Positions 28,733 to 38,655 of a stretch of DNA of 64,000 bases are shown piece after piece. Source of the DNA: an uncultured Gammaproteobacteria bacterium (GTDB lineage Bacteria; Patescibacteriota; Microgenomatia; 0-14-0-10-38-17); the NCBI GenBank assembly GCA_964348895.1, contig CAYGEH010000001.1, positions 610,254 through 674,253 of the forward strand. The letters run 5' to 3'. Within the stretch, counting starts at the first letter, position 1. The number at the start of each line of letters is the position of its first letter. The translations under genes and the position numbers were made by a program. The notes below the pieces were generated by a model. The model worked only from the letters and a program-made list of their open reading frames with translations. It did not search any database and was not told the origin of the DNA.

Positions 28733-30006
28733 TTTTGGTTTATTATTTGCTTGAAAACAAGAGCTTGTTTTTTAGAAAAAGCCACACTCATGCTGATTAA
28801 GAACAGTCCGCTAAGTAAAATTACTGTTCTGACTCCAAATAGATCTACCAACGAGGCAACCACCAATAGAGGGACGATGCCAGCCAAAGAAATCAACATA
28901 TTTAGAACACCATAAACCCGACCCCGAACCTCAAAGGGAGAGTGTTCTTGGATTAAGGTTTTAGTGGGAATGATAATTGAAACCGCAAATAAGCCCAAGG
29001 CGATAACCAAAATCCAGACAAGATAACGAGCCAAAGGGGAGAAAGAAGTTAAATAAATAAGGGCAAGAGAAATTCCAGACAGAAGTAAACCATTAATAAT
29101 GAGTGTTTTTTTTCTAAACTGCTCTCTTTTGATTATCTGACTAACCCAAATTCCACCCACGATTGCTCCCACGATACCTGGAGCAAAAATAACTAAAGAG
29201 GTGCTGGCAATGGGAATTTCTAAAACTCGAGCTAGGCCAGGAGCAATGCTAATGGAAATACCAACAAAGGCCTGAGTAAAAGCTAAAAAAAGTATCGGAA
29301 ATAAAACCAATTTATTAGTTTTTAAAAACATCAAGCCATCTCTGATGTCAGCCAAAAACACTTCTGGATTAAAAATTTTCCAAGGTTCTTTTTGAACCTT
29401 GGTGTGGTTGAGAACTTTTTTTGGAACAAAATATATCATCGCGATTCCGATTAATAAAATTAAAGAAATAAGGGGAAAAATCAACTGATAGTCACGAACC
29501 AAACTTAAAACAACCCCAGAAATTAACGCTCCTGCAGCAATCGAACCATGAGAAATAAAAAACCAGATGGTGTTAACGACCCCCAACTCCTTCTTGTTGA
29601 CAACATTGGGCAAAACGGCTGCCATTGCTGGGCCGAGAAACTCATCAAAAAGAGCGTACAGCAAAATTAAAGGAAAGACTAAAAATATTTGCTCCTTAAT
29701 AGCTAAGAAAAATAAAACAACAATAGCTTGAGAGAGATTACTTAGGATAAAAATTTTTCTTTTATCAACCTTGTCAACCACAGCTCCAGCAAAAATGCCC
29801 AAAAAGGTTCCTGGTAAATAATAAAGAAAAGTAATTAAGGCAACAAATGAGGAGGAAGAGACTTCTGAAAAAACAATATTAATTAAGGAAAAAAGAACGG
29901 TGGTGGCGGCAATACTGGACGAGAGTTGAGTCGCCAGAAGCAAACAAAGGTTTTTATTTTTTAAAATGGCAGGTAAGTTAATTCTTTTCATTAATAAGGC
30001 TTTCAA
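28729..30006 (-). CDS. MFS-type transporter (12 predicted transmembrane segments).
   Basis: Polytopic hydrophobic protein with an MFS-like loop 2-3; its start overlaps the gatA end and its end overlaps the gatB start. Confidence 0.7.
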   Translation of the reverse strand: MKALLMKRINLPAILKNKNLCLLLATQLSSSIAATTVLFSLINIVFSEVSSSSFVALITFLYYLPGTFLGIFAGAVVDKVDKRKIFILSNLSQAIVVLFFLAIKEQIFLVFPLILLYALFDEFLGPAMAAVLPNVVNKKELGVVNTIWFFISHGSIAAGALISGVVLSLVRDYQLIFPLISLILLIGIAMIYFVPKKVLNHTKVQKEPWKIFNPEVFLADIRDGLMFLKTNKLVLFPILFLAFTQAFVGISISIAPGLARVLEIPIASTSLVIFAPGIVGAIVGGIWVSQIIKREQFRKKTLIINGLLLSGISLALIYLTSFSPLARYLVWILVIALGLFAVSIIIPTKTLIQEHSPFEVRGRVYGVLNMLISLAGIVPLLVVASLVDLFGVRTVILLSGLFLISMSVAFSKKQALVFKQIINQK

Positions 30007-31390
30007 CCTGATAAGCTAATTTTATAATTTTGTCTTCTTGTTTTCGGGGACCAATAACTTGAAGACCAATAGGTAAATTATTAACAAAACCACAAGGGAG
30101 ACTTATAGCTGGTAAGCCAGCGAGGGCGCTTGATTCAACTAATATATCTTGGGTTTCGCCAAAAACAGGATTTTTTTCCCAAGCTCCTAGCTTAAGGGCG
30201 GGAGTAGGGGCGGTTGGGGCCAAAATAAGGTCAATGTCAACAAAAGCTTCTTGAAAGTTTTTAATAATTTTAGTTCTAGCTCTTTGAGCCTTAAGGTAGA
30301 ATTGATCAAAGTATCCGACCGATAAGACAAAGGTTCCCAGGGCAATTCTTCTTAAAGCTTCGAGTCCAAAAAAAGACCGGTCCCGACCAAAACGCAAACC
30401 ATCATAGCGAGCAAGATTAGAAGAAACCTCAGCTCTTTGAAGAATAGTATAAACAGCAACGCTTAAATTTGGATCAAGTAAGGAAATTTCTTTTATTTTG
30501 TGGCCCATTTGTTTTAATTTGTCGGTTATTTTAAAAATTGGTTGAGTAATTTCTTTTTTTGATAAATTAAAATATTCTTTTGGAAGACCGATGGTTAATG
30601 GTTTTAGGGGGGTGGTTATTTTAAGGGGGAGAATTGGGGGGTTAGCTTGAATGGTGGTGGCGTCATGAGAATCGGGACCAGCGATTTGGTTGTAAAGCAG
30701 GGCGGCATCGGCAACTGTTTTAGTGATTGGCCCGGGACAGTCAAGAGAAGAGGCCATTGCAATTACTCCCCAGCGACTAACTCGACCATATGTTGGTTTC
30801 AGGCCAACCACACCACACCAAGAAGCTGGCTGTCTAATGGATCCGGCAGTTTCAGAGCCAATTGCTGCTGGGGCGGTATCGGCGGCGACAGCGGCGGCAG
30901 ATCCTCCCGAAGAACCACCAGGGACTCGACTAAGATCGTAGGGGTTTCGACTGGGACCAAAATCAGATGTTTCCGTTGAGGAGCCGTGAGCCCAAGCGTC
31001 CAAATTAGTTTTTCCCAAAATAATTGCCCCAACTGCTTTTAGTTTTTGGGTAACAGTTGATTCATATGGAGGTTGATAACCTTCTAGAACCCTGGAGCTG
31101 GCGGTAGTGACTAGATTTGCTGTACAAAAGTTGTCTTTAATCGCTAAGGGCAAGCCTAAAAGAGGTTGTTTTTCAAAAGCTTGATCGCCATGGCGGTTAA
31201 TTAATTGATCGGCTTGATTTGCTTCTGCTGTTATTTGTTTGTTAATAGCCAAATAAAGATTGAGCTGATTATTTTTTTGTTTGATTTGACTAAGGTAGAA
31301 CTGGCAAATTTCTCGAGAGGAAACCTGTTTTTTGATTAATTGCTGACGCCATTCAGTTAAACTTTTACCCCTTTCGTTCAACTTGATCAT
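29978..31390 (-). CDS. gatA: Glutamyl-tRNA(Gln) amidotransferase subunit A (amidase).
   Basis: Amidase signature GGSSGGSAAAVAAD and a Ser-cisSer-Lys triad context; 470 aa. Confidence 0.9.
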   Translation of the reverse strand: MIKLNERGKSLTEWRQQLIKKQVSSREICQFYLSQIKQKNNQLNLYLAINKQITAEANQADQLINRHGDQAFEKQPLLGLPLAIKDNFCTANLVTTASSRVLEGYQPPYESTVTQKLKAVGAIILGKTNLDAWAHGSSTETSDFGPSRNPYDLSRVPGGSSGGSAAAVAADTAPAAIGSETAGSIRQPASWCGVVGLKPTYGRVSRWGVIAMASSLDCPGPITKTVADAALLYNQIAGPDSHDATTIQANPPILPLKITTPLKPLTIGLPKEYFNLSKKEITQPIFKITDKLKQMGHKIKEISLLDPNLSVAVYTILQRAEVSSNLARYDGLRFGRDRSFFGLEALRRIALGTFVLSVGYFDQFYLKAQRARTKIIKNFQEAFVDIDLILAPTAPTPALKLGAWEKNPVFGETQDILVESSALAGLPAISLPCGFVNNLPIGLQVIGPRKQEDKIIKLAYQVESLINEKN

Positions 31391-31656
31391 TTTTTGGCTA
31401 TAAAGTATTTTTGATTAGAGGGAAGAATTTTTTTTCGAGACAAACAGGCTTCAGTTTCATCTTCAGCAACCAGATTAAGGTTGTCAGTAACCTGAAAAGT
31501 AGGGGTTTCTTGATCAAGGTCAGCAACTTGACCAAGAACATCAAAGTAGTTTAGGGTCGCCTCTAGCTGAGGATCAATAATTTTTTTTTCTTGGGGCTTG
31601 ATCTTTAAGTTCGCTAGCCTAGCTAAATGATCAAGCGAAATCAAGTTTTTGTTCAT
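31387..31656 (-). CDS. gatC: Glutamyl-tRNA(Gln) amidotransferase subunit C.
   Basis: 89 aa; ISLDHLARLANLKIKPQEKK...ETPTFQVTDNLNLVAEDE matches the GatC pattern; directly upstream of gatA. Confidence 0.8.
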   Translation of the reverse strand: MNKNLISLDHLARLANLKIKPQEKKIIDPQLEATLNYFDVLGQVADLDQETPTFQVTDNLNLVAEDETEACLSRKKILPSNQKYFIAKK

Positions 31657-31725
31657 ATCATCAATTTTAACATTTATGGCGAAAAATTTGCCAAGAAGTT
31701 TTTTTAGAGAGGAAAATTATTTTTG

Positions 31726-34305
31726 TTAGGCGAGAGAAATTTCAAAAGCGTTTTTATGGTTGACCTCAACCTTAAGAGCCTGTCCCTCTTTAACCTTTCC
31801 CTCAATGATCATTAAGGCGATTTGGTCTAGAAGGTTGGTTTGGATTATTCGCTTTAGGGGTCGAGCGCCATATTGGGGATCGTAGCCTAGTTCAACAATT
31901 AACCTTTTGGCTTGATCACTAACTTTAAGGTTTAAGTTTTTATTCTTAATAAGATTTTCTTTGATTTTTTCTAATTGAAGGTCAACAATTTTTTCAATTT
32001 GAGCTTTAGTTAATTTTTCAAATAAAACAATCTGGTCTAAGCGATTAATAAATTCAGGTTTAAAGGTGGCTTGAATGAGTTTAGTGATTTTTGTTTCAAT
32101 AACTTGCTTATTTTTTTCTTCTTGAATAATGTCACTACCTAAGTTTGAAGTCATAATGATAATAACGTTTTGAAAATTAACTGTTTTTCCTTGAGCATCA
32201 GTTAGGCGACCGTCGTCAAAAATTTGCAAAAATAAATTAAAAATATCGGAATGGGCCTTTTCTATTTCGTCAAATAAAATAACACTATAGGGTTTTCTGC
32301 GGACAGCTTCAGTTAGTTGACCCCCTTCCTCATGGCCGATATAGCCTGGGGGGGAACCAATCAGTCGAGAAACCGTGTGTCTTTCTTGATATTCTGACAT
32401 ATCAATTCTGATCATTGCGTTTTCATTGTTAAATAAAATGTAAGCCAGGGTTTTTGCCAACTCAGTTTTGCCGACCCCAGTTGGGCCTAAAAACAAAAAG
32501 ACACCAATCGGTCGATTTTGTTCACCAATGCCAGCCCGATTCCTTCTAATAGCGTTAGCAACCTCAATCACCGCCTCTTCTTGATTAACAAATCTTTTGT
32601 GAATTTCTTTTTCCAGTTCGGCCAGTTTCTGGGTTTCTGTTTCTACTAGTCGAGTGGCGGGAACTCCAGTCCAGCGAGAAACCACTTGAGCAACTTGTTC
32701 CTCATCAACTTCTTGTTTAATTAATTTTTTCTCTTCGGGAATTTTATCCCACTCAGCCAGATCTTCAGCCAAACCCTTCTTTGCTTCAGGAATTTGGCCA
32801 TACTTTATTTGGGCAGCCCTTTCTAGGTCGAATTCTTGTTCGGCTCGATCCTCTTCTAGCGACAGTTGTTCTAGCGCTTTGCGGTTTTTTTTAATTCTTT
32901 CCAAAATTGTTTTTTGTTGATTCCACCTATTCTCTAGGCCTCTCAACTCTTCTTTTGTATTAGCGATTGTTTTTTCAAGATCTTCCCCTCTTTTTTTATT
33001 TTTTTCTTTTTTAACCGCAGCCAGCTCAATTTGAGCTTGTCTTAACCCTCTTCTTAAATCGTCAATTTTTTTAGGAACACTTTGGATTTCAATTGACAAG
33101 GCAGCAGCAGCTTCGTCAATTAAGTCAATTGCTTTGTCGGGTAAAAACCGATCGGGAATATAGCGAATTGATAAATTAACGGCAGCAACTAAGGCGCTAT
33201 CAGAAATCCTAACCCCATGATGGAGTTGATATTTTTCTTTTAAGCCTCTTAAAATTGCCAGGGCGTCTTCCTCTGATGGTTCCTCAATGGTTATTGGTTG
33301 AAAGCGTCGTTCTAGGGCGGCATCTTTTTCAATGTATCGACGATATTCATTAACTGTAGTGGCTCCAATAGCGTGAAGGGTCCCTCGAGCCAGGGCGGGT
33401 TTTAGCATATTAGAGGCATCGACTGCCCCCTCAGCACCACCAGCTCCGACTAGGGTATGAAGTTCGTCAATAAATAAAATATAACGACCATCTGCTTTTT
33501 CAATGGAGGAAACAACGGTTTTTAGTCTTTCTTCAAATTCGCCTCTAAATTTAGCTCCAGCCAACATGGCGGCCAAATCAAGAGCAAGAATTTCTTTATT
33601 TTTCAACGACTCTGGAACATCATTACTGATAATTCTTTGAGCCAATCCTTCAACTATGGCGGTCTTCCCTACTCCTGGATCACCCAAAAGAGCTGGGTTG
33701 TTTTTTCTTCGCCGAGAAAGAATTTCCATAATTCTTCTAATCTCTTGATCCCGACCGATTACAGGATCAAGACCGCCCTTTTTGGCTAAACTTGTTAAGT
33801 TAATAGTAAACTTTTCTAGTGCTTGATATTTGGCTTCGGCATTGGGAGAGTCGGCCTTTTGTCCTTGGCGCTGACTAGAGAAAACTTTAATAATTTCACT
33901 TTTTGTTAAACCGCTTTTTAAGAGAAGGTTTTTAGCTTGACTGTCAATTGTCAACAAAGCCAGAAAAATATGTTCAGAAGAGATGTAGTCATCACCCAGG
34001 GCTGCCATTTCTTTTTCAGCTTGACTAAGGGTTTGGATGGTTTTGGGAGAGGCATAAACCTGGACAGCCTCAACCCCAACACTGGGCAAGTTATTAACTG
34101 CTTCTAGTGTCTGATCTTTCAAAGAATCAAAGGTGGTGGAAGCCTGCTTGATGGTGGTGTTAATTATTCCATCTTCATCTCTTAAAAGAGATAAGAGTAA
34201 ATGAAGGGGGTCTAGATTTGGCTGGTTTTTTTCTTGAGCCAGTTGCTGTGCCTCTGATAAAATTTTTTGTGCTCTGAGAGTAAGTTTTTCTGGATTAAAA
34301 GGCAT
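31726..34305 (-). CDS. clpB: ATP-dependent chaperone ClpB.
   Basis: Two AAA+ modules ([15 protein letters not shown] and [15 protein letters not shown] Walker A motifs) separated by a long coiled-coil middle domain; 859 aa. Confidence 0.9.
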   Translation of the reverse strand: MPFNPEKLTLRAQKILSEAQQLAQEKNQPNLDPLHLLLSLLRDEDGIINTTIKQASTTFDSLKDQTLEAVNNLPSVGVEAVQVYASPKTIQTLSQAEKEMAALGDDYISSEHIFLALLTIDSQAKNLLLKSGLTKSEIIKVFSSQRQGQKADSPNAEAKYQALEKFTINLTSLAKKGGLDPVIGRDQEIRRIMEILSRRRKNNPALLGDPGVGKTAIVEGLAQRIISNDVPESLKNKEILALDLAAMLAGAKFRGEFEERLKTVVSSIEKADGRYILFIDELHTLVGAGGAEGAVDASNMLKPALARGTLHAIGATTVNEYRRYIEKDAALERRFQPITIEEPSEEDALAILRGLKEKYQLHHGVRISDSALVAAVNLSIRYIPDRFLPDKAIDLIDEAAAALSIEIQSVPKKIDDLRRGLRQAQIELAAVKKEKNKKRGEDLEKTIANTKEELRGLENRWNQQKTILERIKKNRKALEQLSLEEDRAEQEFDLERAAQIKYGQIPEAKKGLAEDLAEWDKIPEEKKLIKQEVDEEQVAQVVSRWTGVPATRLVETETQKLAELEKEIHKRFVNQEEAVIEVANAIRRNRAGIGEQNRPIGVFLFLGPTGVGKTELAKTLAYILFNNENAMIRIDMSEYQERHTVSRLIGSPPGYIGHEEGGQLTEAVRRKPYSVILFDEIEKAHSDIFNLFLQIFDDGRLTDAQGKTVNFQNVIIIMTSNLGSDIIQEEKNKQVIETKITKLIQATFKPEFINRLDQIVLFEKLTKAQIEKIVDLQLEKIKENLIKNKNLNLKVSDQAKRLIVELGYDPQYGARPLKRIIQTNLLDQIALMIIEGKVKEGQALKVEVNHKNAFEISLA

Positions 34306-34309
34306 GGTT

Positions 34310-35194
34310 TTAGATTAATTTTTTCAACTCGGCAATTCGATTTTCAATGGGAGGATGAGTGTTAAACAATTTGGCTAACCCCGAAATTTTGTTACAAGAA
34401 AAGAAGGGGTTCACAATAAAGAAGTGAGCGGTGGCATTATTGGCGAAACTGAGAGGTTGATGGTTTTGATTTAACTTTTGAAGAGCTCCAATTAGGCCAG
34501 AGGGCTGTCTGGTTAATAAAGCTGAGCTAGCGTCAGCCAAGAACTCTCTTCGCCTAGAGATGGCCAGCTGAATTAATTGACCGATTAAGGGAGACAAAAT
34601 TGCAGCGATTAGGGCAACGAAAAACAAAGCTTCTTCTCCCTTGTGACGACGGCGATTTAGGCCCGAACGAAGAAAAAACTGTGACAAAAGAGCAACTGTG
34701 CCAATTAGAATAGCAACGATGGCAAATAATCGAGTATCTAAATTTTTAATATGAGCAACCTCATGACCGATGACTCCTTCAATTTCGGTTTGACTAAGAT
34801 TGTTTATTAGTCCCCTAGTAACACAAATGCTTCCATTTTGCGGATTTCTACCAGTAGCAAAGGCGTTCATGGCGGGGTCTTCGCTGATATAAATTTTTGG
34901 GGTTGGAATTTGCGCCGCTCGACTTAGGTTTTCTACCGCACTATAAAGGAAAAGCTCTTTATTTTTATCAGCGATTTTGGCTCTACTCAAGCTTAAGGCG
35001 ATTTTGTCACCGGTATAGTAACTAATCAAAGTGGAAATTAGCGCGAAAACAAAAGCAAAGATAAGTCCAAGAATTCCCCAGTCTAGGGCCCGACCAATTA
35101 TTCCGCCAGCAACAACGACAAAAACAAAGAAAACAACGATAACAATTGCTGACCTAGCTTTATTTTGGTCAACCTGCTGATAAACATTAGCCAT
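34310..35194 (-). CDS. htpX: HtpX-like M48 zinc metalloprotease.
   Basis: Four transmembrane helices plus GHEVAHIKNLD (HExxH) and a downstream Glu. Confidence 0.8.
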   Translation of the reverse strand: MANVYQQVDQNKARSAIVIVVFFVFVVVAGGIIGRALDWGILGLIFAFVFALISTLISYYTGDKIALSLSRAKIADKNKELFLYSAVENLSRAAQIPTPKIYISEDPAMNAFATGRNPQNGSICVTRGLINNLSQTEIEGVIGHEVAHIKNLDTRLFAIVAILIGTVALLSQFFLRSGLNRRRHKGEEALFFVALIAAILSPLIGQLIQLAISRRREFLADASSALLTRQPSGLIGALQKLNQNHQPLSFANNATAHFFIVNPFFSCNKISGLAKLFNTHPPIENRIAELKKLI

Positions 35195-35257
35195 TTTAGT
35201 ATCAACAAATTATAATCAATTAAAACCAATTTAGCAAGACAAAGGAAAGACTGCCAA

Positions 35258-35857
35258 TTAACTTCTTTTTACTTTTGGATTAAGAAAGTCTTCTTTTCTT
35301 ACTGCGACCGCCTCTTTGGTATCAGCCAAGTCAAGCCCCTTTTGAACTCTAAAGCCGAACAATTGGGCGACTAAATTACTGGGAAAACCCAAGACTCGAG
35401 CATTGAAAGTTTGGGTTAAATCAATAAGAGTTCTTTTGGCATACATAACCTTGTCTTGAGTGTCACGAAGGTTGTTTTGAGCCTCAATTACCACTTCGGC
35501 TGTTTTTAGCTCTGGATTGCTTTCCACCAAAATCTGAATGGAGTCAATTGCTTTATCCATTTCAGTGGCAGCTTCGAGTAATTTTTCTGGGCTGTGCTCT
35601 TTGTCGGCCTGATTAACTCTTTTTCGAGCCTCGGTAATCATTTGATAAACCCTTTTTTCCTGTTCAGTATTGGTTTCAATAATGTCGGCAATTTGGGGAA
35701 TAAACTCAGCTCGTCTTTTTAATTGATTGCCCAACTCTTCTATTTGGGCTTGAATTCTAGTTTTAGTAATGACAAAAAAATTGTAAGTTGTAACCAAGTA
35801 GACAACAAGAACACCAATAATAGCGGCAACAACTAATAAAATTGTCGTCGATTGCAC
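35258..35857 (-). CDS. LemA-family membrane protein.
   Basis: Single N-terminal transmembrane segment, KRRAEFIPQIADII, PELKTAEVVIEAQNNL, FNARVLGFPSNLVAQLFGF: LemA consensus. Adjacent to htpX as in many genomes. Confidence 0.7.
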   Translation of the reverse strand: MQSTTILLVVAAIIGVLVVYLVTTYNFFVITKTRIQAQIEELGNQLKRRAEFIPQIADIIETNTEQEKRVYQMITEARKRVNQADKEHSPEKLLEAATEMDKAIDSIQILVESNPELKTAEVVIEAQNNLRDTQDKVMYAKRTLIDLTQTFNARVLGFPSNLVAQLFGFRVQKGLDLADTKEAVAVRKEDFLNPKVKRS

Positions 35858-35895
35858 TATATTGTCACCTCCTTAAAGTTTTTGAGCATCTCTTT

Positions 35896-37275
35896 TTAGG
35901 ATAGCAAAATCACCCTCACTTTGTCTAGGTCTAGAGTATTAACAAGATCGGTTTTTTGAGCCCAACCTCGACGAGCCTGAAAAACACCGTAAGGCATAAG
36001 CGCTAATTGATCTAAACGATGACCATCACTATTAACAACAAGCTTTATTTTTTTACTGATTGCTTGTTTGATCAAAGTATCAGGGAGATCAAGCCTTTTA
36101 GGGGAAGCGTTTATTTCTAGAATTTTGTTGTTTTTCCGACAAAAGGCAAAAACCACCTCCCAATCTATTTCAATTGGGGGACGATAAGGAAGCATTCGGC
36201 TGGTTGGATGAGCCCAAACCTTTACTTTGGGATGACTTAGACCTTTTAGTATTCTTTTGGTCATTGCCTCTTTGGATAAAGAAAATTGAGAATGAATTCC
36301 CCCAACGGCAAAATCTAAGTATTCAAAAGCTTCTTTTGGTAAGGCGAGGTCTCCAGCAGGCTTAATATCAATTTCTAGACTGTTAAAAATAAAGGGTAAT
36401 TTTTTTACTCTAACATTTAACCCTTCTTTGTTAGAGTAATTTATTTGATCAACCCATTTTCTCTTCTTTTTTATAATATTAACGACTTCTTTTTTGTTAT
36501 GCCCGCTTTGACTGGGGTTGTGTTCAGTAAAGGCGAGATATTGATAGCCTTTTTCGAAGGCTAAGTTTAAAATTTCCTGGACCGAAGCAGATCCCGAGTC
36601 GTGCGAAGATCCTATTGGAAAATTAGAATGAACATGAAGATCGCCTTTAATATCGCTAACCTTAACTAGTTGAGGGAGTTTTTTATTTTGAGCCACCTCT
36701 ATTTCTTTATGCCCCTCTCTCAGTTCGGGAGGAATCCAGTCCAGTCCCAAAAAACGATAAAAGGTTTTTTCTTTTTCAAAAGAAAATTCTTCTTGAGACC
36801 CCAGATTCTTAAGACTATCCCTAGAAAGACTCAAATTTCTTTTTGACAAAAACTTTTTTAAGAGCAAATTATGGGCTTTAGAGCCAGTAAGGTGCTGGAC
36901 CACTAAGCCCATATCTTTTGGGGCAACAACTCTTAAGTTAACTTGCTTTTGATTAGTTAGTAAAACTTTGAAAGAATCACCTTGGTTTTTAGTTAAAAAT
37001 TTTTTTATTTTAGGAAAAGAAGCAAAGTGCCCAAAAACCTCTTTTGGGTTTTGGGTTTTAACAACAATGTCAATATCACCAATAGTTTCTTTTTTTCGCC
37101 GTAAGCTACCCAAGAGCTTCACCTCTAAAACAGCCGAAGACTTTTTAAGATATTTAGCGATTTCTTTAGCTAGAAGATCAGCCTCATAAAGAAACATTCT
37201 TTTTTTATCTTTTAAAACAGCAGTTGTTCGGTGAAAAACTTGGGCAGTTTCTTGGTTGGCAAGGCGGCTAACCAT
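35896..37275 (-). CDS. PolX-family DNA polymerase/3'-5' exonuclease (Pol beta-like nucleotidyltransferase + PHP domain), N-terminally short.
   Basis: GSLRRKKETIGDIDIVV (Pol beta NT motif) and DLHVHSNFPIGSSHDSGSAS (PHP). 459 aa. Confidence 0.7.
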   Translation of the reverse strand: MVSRLANQETAQVFHRTTAVLKDKKRMFLYEADLLAKEIAKYLKKSSAVLEVKLLGSLRRKKETIGDIDIVVKTQNPKEVFGHFASFPKIKKFLTKNQGDSFKVLLTNQKQVNLRVVAPKDMGLVVQHLTGSKAHNLLLKKFLSKRNLSLSRDSLKNLGSQEEFSFEKEKTFYRFLGLDWIPPELREGHKEIEVAQNKKLPQLVKVSDIKGDLHVHSNFPIGSSHDSGSASVQEILNLAFEKGYQYLAFTEHNPSQSGHNKKEVVNIIKKKRKWVDQINYSNKEGLNVRVKKLPFIFNSLEIDIKPAGDLALPKEAFEYLDFAVGGIHSQFSLSKEAMTKRILKGLSHPKVKVWAHPTSRMLPYRPPIEIDWEVVFAFCRKNNKILEINASPKRLDLPDTLIKQAISKKIKLVVNSDGHRLDQLALMPYGVFQARRGWAQKTDLVNTLDLDKVRVILLS

Positions 37276-37473
37276 AGGATTATTTTATGATTATATCATC
37301 ACAAAAACATAGTTTAATATATTAAAATGCCTTATTATTTTATATATTAATAAGAGAAAATAATAATTTTTCGAATCTCTGAGTTTTTGTTTTTTTATTG
37401 ATTCTTTTTAGAAACAAGAAGGATTAGATTATCTCAGGGTAGGGCCTGTTTCAAATACAAATTAAATTTTTAA

Positions 37474-37502
37474 TTGACTTAAGGGTCGATAAAGAATAAA
37501 AT
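37474..37502 (+). promoter_or_regulatory. Sigma70-like promoter for tRNA-Asp (TTGACT, 17 nt spacer, TAAAAT).
   Basis: TTGACT at 37474-37479 and TAAAAT at 37497-37502; tRNA begins at 37521. Confidence 0.45.
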
Positions 37503-37520
37503 ATCAACTAGTTAATCGGT

Positions 37521-37597
37521 GGGGCCGTAGCTCAGTCGGCTAGAGTGCTTCCCTGTCACGGAAGAGGTCGCGAGTTCGAGTCTCGTCGGCCCCGCCA
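37521..37597 (+). tRNA. tRNA-Asp (anticodon GUC), CCA encoded.
   Basis: GGGGCCGTAGCTCAGTCGGCTAGAGTGCTTCCCTGTCACGGAAGAGGTCGCGAGTTCGAGTCTCGTCGGCCCCGCCA; anticodon loop CTGTCAC. Confidence 0.9.
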
Positions 37598-37648
37598 AGA
37601 AACCTGCCCCAAGAAACCTAAAAAATAAGGAGGTGAAACAAGGCAGGA

Positions 37649-38212
37649 ATGACATTAAAAAACCTTTTAAAGAAAATTAAACTTTCAGAAAGGACAATAA
37701 GCGCCTTTTTGGGAGTTTTGGTGATAGTTGCTGCTGGAGCTCTTCTTTTTGACTTCTTTCAGTCTCGTAGCCCAGTTAACCTTTCAAACGGTGACGAAAA
37801 TGAGGAAAAAGAACAACAAGAAGAAGTTCCTGTTGTGCCAGTTTTGCCAATTAACCATCGAGTGAGTCAAGGTGAAAATCTTTGGCGAATTGCCGAAGAA
37901 TATTACGGATCTGGTTACAACTGGGTTGACATTGCCAGTGAAAACAGTCTAAGGAATCCTAGTTTTTTGTTAGTTGACCAAGAACTTATTATTCCCGATG
38001 TTGCTGTTCGTTGGCCGGAAGCAGAATTAATGGCAGAAAATGAAAACAGGGTTAATACTTATACCGTTCAGCAAGGAGATAGTTTATGGAATATTGCTGT
38101 TGCTGTTTATGATGACGGTTATCAGTGGACCAAAATTTATCAAGCCAACGAAACCAAAATTGGTCAAAACCCAGGAATAATTAATCCGGGTTTAGTTTTG
38201 GCAATACCCTAG
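37649..38212 (+). CDS. Membrane-anchored protein with two LysM domains (peptidoglycan-binding).
   Basis: N-terminal transmembrane segment; two LysM repeats (VSQGENLWRIAEEYYGSGYNWVDIA and YTVQQGDSLWNIAVAVYDDGYQWTKIYQAN). Confidence 0.75.
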   Translation: MTLKNLLKKIKLSERTISAFLGVLVIVAAGALLFDFFQSRSPVNLSNGDENEEKEQQEEVPVVPVLPINHRVSQGENLWRIAEEYYGSGYNWVDIASENSLRNPSFLLVDQELIIPDVAVRWPEAELMAENENRVNTYTVQQGDSLWNIAVAVYDDGYQWTKIYQANETKIGQNPGIINPGLVLAIP

Positions 38213-38289
38213 TTTATCGTCTTATTTTTTATTGATGAGAAAGCACATATTGTGGTGTGGTTTTTTTTGGCACCCTTTTTTATTGGCTT

Positions 38290-38321
38290 AGGCTGATTTA
38301 AAAAATAACAGCCTTTATTTG
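38290..38321 (+). terminator. Candidate intrinsic terminator after the LysM gene.
   Basis: AGGCTG stem, 13 nt loop, CAGCCT, then TTTATTT. Confidence 0.35.
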
Positions 38322-38468
38322 CACATTAGCTTGTTTTTTTGCCTTAAGCCGTTTTATTACACAATCAGTGCTATTTTCTTGACGATTTTTTGTTTTATTT
38401 GCTAGCGATAAACCATTGGGTCTTGGTATAATCTCTAAAGACAGTGTCTGTTTTTTATGATTAATTTT

Positions 38469-38540
38469 GCGGCGGTAGTTCAGTGGTAGAATGTTTCCTT
38501 CCCAAGGAAAAGGTCGCCGGTTCAAGTCCGGTCCGCCGCT
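38469..38540 (+). tRNA. tRNA-Gly (anticodon CCC).
   Basis: GCGGCGGTAGTTCAGTGGTAGAATGTTTCCTTCCCAAGGAAAAGGTCGCCGGTTCAAGTCCGGTCCGCCGCT; anticodon loop TTCCCAA. Confidence 0.85.
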
Positions 38541-38549
38541 CTTGGGGTT

Positions 38550-38624
38550 GCCAGGGTAGCTCAATGGCAGAGCAATGCTTTCGTAAAGCATGGGCTGAGG
38601 GTTCGATTCCCTCCTCTGGCTCCA
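38550..38624 (+). tRNA. tRNA-Thr (anticodon CGU), CCA encoded.
   Basis: GCCAGGGTAGCTCAATGGCAGAGCAATGCTTTCGTAAAGCAT...GAGGGTTCGATTCCCTCCTCTGGCTCCA; anticodon loop TTCGTAA. Confidence 0.85.
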
Positions 38625-38655
38625 AAATAAAAAGCAAAAAGCTTATTAAAGCTAA

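Noticed and set aside
38298-38591. 97 aa minus-strand ORF from the six-frame track.
   Set aside because: It lies entirely across the tRNA-Gly and tRNA-Thr genes and their promoter region. The composition is spurious and there is no RBS.
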